49,450 nucleotides of DNA from Bdellovibrionota bacterium FG-1 (GTDB lineage Bacteria > Bdellovibrionota > UBA1018): contig JBBCAW010000001.1 in the NCBI GenBank assembly GCA_051382295.1, forward strand, positions 1-49,450. Direction: 5' to 3'. Both the position numbers and the translations under genes were made by a program. Below, one piece after another: positions 47,084-49,450 of this stretch. Each line of letters starts with the position of its first letter. Position 1 is the first letter of the stretch. The notes below the pieces were generated by a model that saw only the letters and a list, made by a program, of their open reading frames with translations, had not been told where the DNA came from and searched no databases.

Positions 47084-47692
47084 CTAGGGCATACCCCAGA
47101 TCACGCCATCTTTACTGGTGGTGCAAACACGGTAGCCACGAGCCAAGAGCTTTTTCATCGGAATGCCGGCCGCCTCAAATAGATTTTTGATGAGATAGCG
47201 GCCCATACCTTCGAAATCGCGCCCAAATTGAACGATCCGAGAGAAGGCCAGGTGATCCCAAAAGCCGCGTCCGGTTTTGTTGCGGGCTAATGCGGCGCCC
47301 TTTTTGGCACCCGTGACGATGATCGCGATGCCGCCGGCAAGCTCGCGCAAGAAGCGTTTCCAGACGGCCCGTGACGGCACTCGGATGAGCAAATGGATGT
47401 GATTACCGACGTTGGCATAGCGATAAAGGCGCACGCCCCAGCGTTTGGCCAATTTGCGGGCAAATTCTTCAAGTAGATTGCAATGCCTGGGATGAAGCAT
47501 CGAGAACTCCCCGCGCGCCTGTGAGGAGCGCAGGACAACATGAAGAGCTTGCTTGGGGTCGATGGGGCGTACCGTCTTCCGTTTACCCAAGGAGTGCTCG
47601 CCGCCATGGGAAATGGAGGCGGTCTTCGAATTGAACCCGGGTAGGTAAGATTCTTTTTTTAGTCTCACTCTCCCAAAATAACATCGGGGCAA
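47084..47692 (-). CDS. IS200/REP-associated (RAYT-like) HUH tyrosine transposase
   Basis: LHVVLRS, YANVGNHIHLLI (HUH), FWDHLAFSRIV and RYLIKN (catalytic Tyr candidate). Start uncertain. Confidence 0.8.
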   Translation of the reverse strand: MPRCYFGRVRLKKESYLPGFNSKTASISHGGEHSLGKRKTVRPIDPKQALHVVLRSSQARGEFSMLHPRHCNLLEEFARKLAKRWGVRLYRYANVGNHIHLLIRVPSRAVWKRFLRELAGGIAIIVTGAKKGAALARNKTGRGFWDHLAFSRIVQFGRDFEGMGRYLIKNLFEAAGIPMKKLLARGYRVCTTSKDGVIWGMP

Positions 47693-47880
47693 TGGGTTGT
47701 AAAGTGAATATGAGCATTAAAATACGAACGTTCTGATGTTCGAGGGGTAGATCGGGGTGCCTGCTTGCCCAGGATCCTGGGACAATTCAAGGAGAAAAGG
47801 GCCGCCGTGCGCGAGGTAGCCATACCTCCGAGAGCAAGGACCGGCTCTCGACCGCCGATAACTTTATGCAATGAAATCCA

Positions 47881-47969
47881 TGATTACAGCTTGTAATCAG
47901 AATTATTACTAGGCTGTTGACTTAAACCCATCAAGCATTTATAAACCCTTCATGTAACGCATTGCGTTA
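47881..47969 (+). promoter_or_regulatory. Sigma-70 promoter flanked by two palindromes
   Basis: TTGACT(47917-47922)-N17-TATAAA(47940-47945). Palindromes TGATTACA-GCT-TGTAATCA (47881-47899) and TAACGCA-T-TGCGTTA (47955-47969). Confidence 0.65.
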
Positions 47970-47998
47970 ATAAACTTATAACTGTGTGAGAGAATTTT

Positions 47999-48529
47999 AT
48001 GAACTTGAAACAATTGATCTTTTTCCCGTTTTTGACACTTCAACTTGGCCTAGCCGCCCTTCCCGCCCACGCAGAGGACAAGCCTACCGATCCTACGGCT
48101 GGAATTTCCGAGCTTGCCAAGAAATCGGTGGATGCTTTGGGCTCAGTCGACCTTGGTAAATTGACGAAGTCGGATCGCACTGCTTTTATGGAGGCGTTAG
48201 GCAATCTCTCGAAAATCGAGGATCGCGCTAATATTCAATACTCGTACTTTTCTGACCCTTATTATCAATACTATTGCGACGGGAGAGGAACTATTGATAG
48301 CGACCAGAAGTCAACAAATCAACGATTGGCCCAAGAATCGGCCTTAAATAGCTGCCGCATAGCGGGAGCTACGGACTGTGTGTTGGTATCCACCGGCCCG
48401 ACAACTAACGAAAGCTACAGAGAAGACCATTCCGAAGATGCTATCGTATTAAAGAACTGGCACTGCTTCCACTCTGCAACCGCGATCCAATCTACCGCCA
48501 CCGCACGCGGCATCATGCCTAAAAAGTGA
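47999..48529 (+). CDS. Exported Cys-containing hypothetical protein
   Basis: Signal peptide ending AHA-E, and AQESALNSCRIAGATDC. GTGA overlap with the next gene. Confidence 0.7.
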   Translation: MNLKQLIFFPFLTLQLGLAALPAHAEDKPTDPTAGISELAKKSVDALGSVDLGKLTKSDRTAFMEALGNLSKIEDRANIQYSYFSDPYYQYYCDGRGTIDSDQKSTNQRLAQESALNSCRIAGATDCVLVSTGPTTNESYREDHSEDAIVLKNWHCFHSATAIQSTATARGIMPKK

Positions 48530-49371
48530 TTGAGAGTTCCAAGGTGCAAACCGCGAGAGTTCCTTCTGACTATTTGCGTGAGGCCTATCTCAAGCGCCGA
48601 GCCAACAACCCCGCCTACTCGGCGAGGGCGTTTGCCCGGCATTTGGGCGTGAGCCAGCCGTATTTGAGTCTGCTCATGGCGGACAAACGCAAACTTGCCC
48701 TCGATACGGCGCTTAAGCTCAGCATCGGTCTGCAGTTCAGCGATGAGGAACGCGAGGGTTTTCTCGTATCCGTATCTCTGTACTCACAAGGCGATACGAA
48801 GAGTCGCGCGTTTTTGCAATCTCGACTCGGGACGGCTGAAAAATCGGAGAGCGTTCAGCAGCTCGAGTTGCAGGTCGAGCGCTTCAAAGCTCTCGGTCAA
48901 TGGTATCACGTTGCGATCTTGGACCTTTCCACGACGGATGGGTTTGACCCGTCACATAAGAGTATCGCGCGTAGGCTAGGGATCACGGAGCTCGAGGTGC
49001 GCGACGCGATTGAGCGACTCTTGCGGCTCCGCTTGCTCGAAGCCACAAAGGGTACTTACCGAAAGACGCTCAAGCACTTCGTGATTCCGACGGAACGCTC
49101 TGAAGAATGTATTCGCTCACTCCATCGGCAGATGATCCAAAAAGGACTCGATCAGTTGGAACTGCACTCAGAGCGCGACTTTAAACGTCGCGAAGTCACA
49201 GGTATCACCTTTGCCATTGATCCGGGCAAAGTGTCCGAGGCGCGAGCCCGAATCGCGCAGTTTAAAAAAGAAATGGCCGCGTTTCTAACGGAGTCCGATT
49301 GCAGCGAAGTCTATCAGATGAATGTTCAATTTTTTCCGCTCACCACCCCCGCAGAGGAGCAGTCGTCATGA
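48526..49371 (+). CDS. TIGR02147/DUF4423-like HTH protein
   Basis: RRANNPAYSARAFARHLGVSQPYLS, QWYHVAILDL, IARRLGI and EVYQMNVQFFPLT. Confidence 0.85.
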   Translation: MIESSKVQTARVPSDYLREAYLKRRANNPAYSARAFARHLGVSQPYLSLLMADKRKLALDTALKLSIGLQFSDEEREGFLVSVSLYSQGDTKSRAFLQSRLGTAEKSESVQQLELQVERFKALGQWYHVAILDLSTTDGFDPSHKSIARRLGITELEVRDAIERLLRLRLLEATKGTYRKTLKHFVIPTERSEECIRSLHRQMIQKGLDQLELHSERDFKRREVTGITFAIDPGKVSEARARIAQFKKEMAAFLTESDCSEVYQMNVQFFPLTTPAEEQSS

Positions 49372-49450
49372 AACAATTCTTTTTGATGCTGATTTTAGCT
49401 ACCCAAAGTATCGCTTGGGCGGGTGGTGGTTCCAGCGATGGGGGCGGGGG
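49368..49450 (+). CDS. N-terminus of an exported protein (truncated by the window edge)
   Basis: MKQFFLMLILATQSIAWAGGGSSDGGG is a signal peptide followed by a Gly-rich start. ATGA overlap and RBS GAGGAG. Confidence 0.65.
   Translation, partial: MKQFFLMLILATQSIAWAGGGSSDGGG

Noticed and set aside
1..49450. CRISPR arrays, tRNA or rRNA genes
   Set aside because: I saw no regularly spaced repeat-spacer array, cloverleaf or rRNA-like sequence by eye. tRNAscan or Infernal would be needed to exclude them formally.

Overview
The window has two halves. 1-13.4 kb is a decaying accessory island. It holds the 3' end of an AAA/DUF4143-type gene, a three-gene operon of exported proteins that share a repeated helix + beta-hairpin module, and a recombinase-domain-only ORF. 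It also holds three toxin-antitoxin-like pairs (excisionase-HTH/PIN, wHTH/nucleotidyltransferase, and AbiEi with a deleted, frameshifted AbiEii), three remnants of one IS481-like element, a receiver-domain fragment, an SGNH hydrolase and a purple-acid-phosphatase-type enzyme. 13.4-49.4 kb is core-like. A minus-strand lipoprotein-mlaE-mlaF-mlaD-metallopeptidase operon diverges from a ~29 kb flagellar cluster headed by a sigma-54 promoter (TPR protein, receiver-less sigma-54 activator, flgBC fliEFGHI [inserted gene] fliJ motE-like fliK flgD TIGR02530-like flgE fliLMNOPQR flhBAF fliA, with no flhG). After it come a PilZ protein, a RAYT/IS200-like HUH transposase and a TIGR02147-like regulator locus. 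The gene content suggests a Bdellovibrionota/Oligoflexia-like organism (inference). Best leads are the secreted Pepco/Trypco-like beta-hairpin operon (355-2395), the structured flgE leader RNA behind the TIGR02530-like gene, GGA-rich leaders in the flagellar operon, and a papain-like gene inserted between fliI and fliJ. No database searches were run; family calls come from motif recognition.
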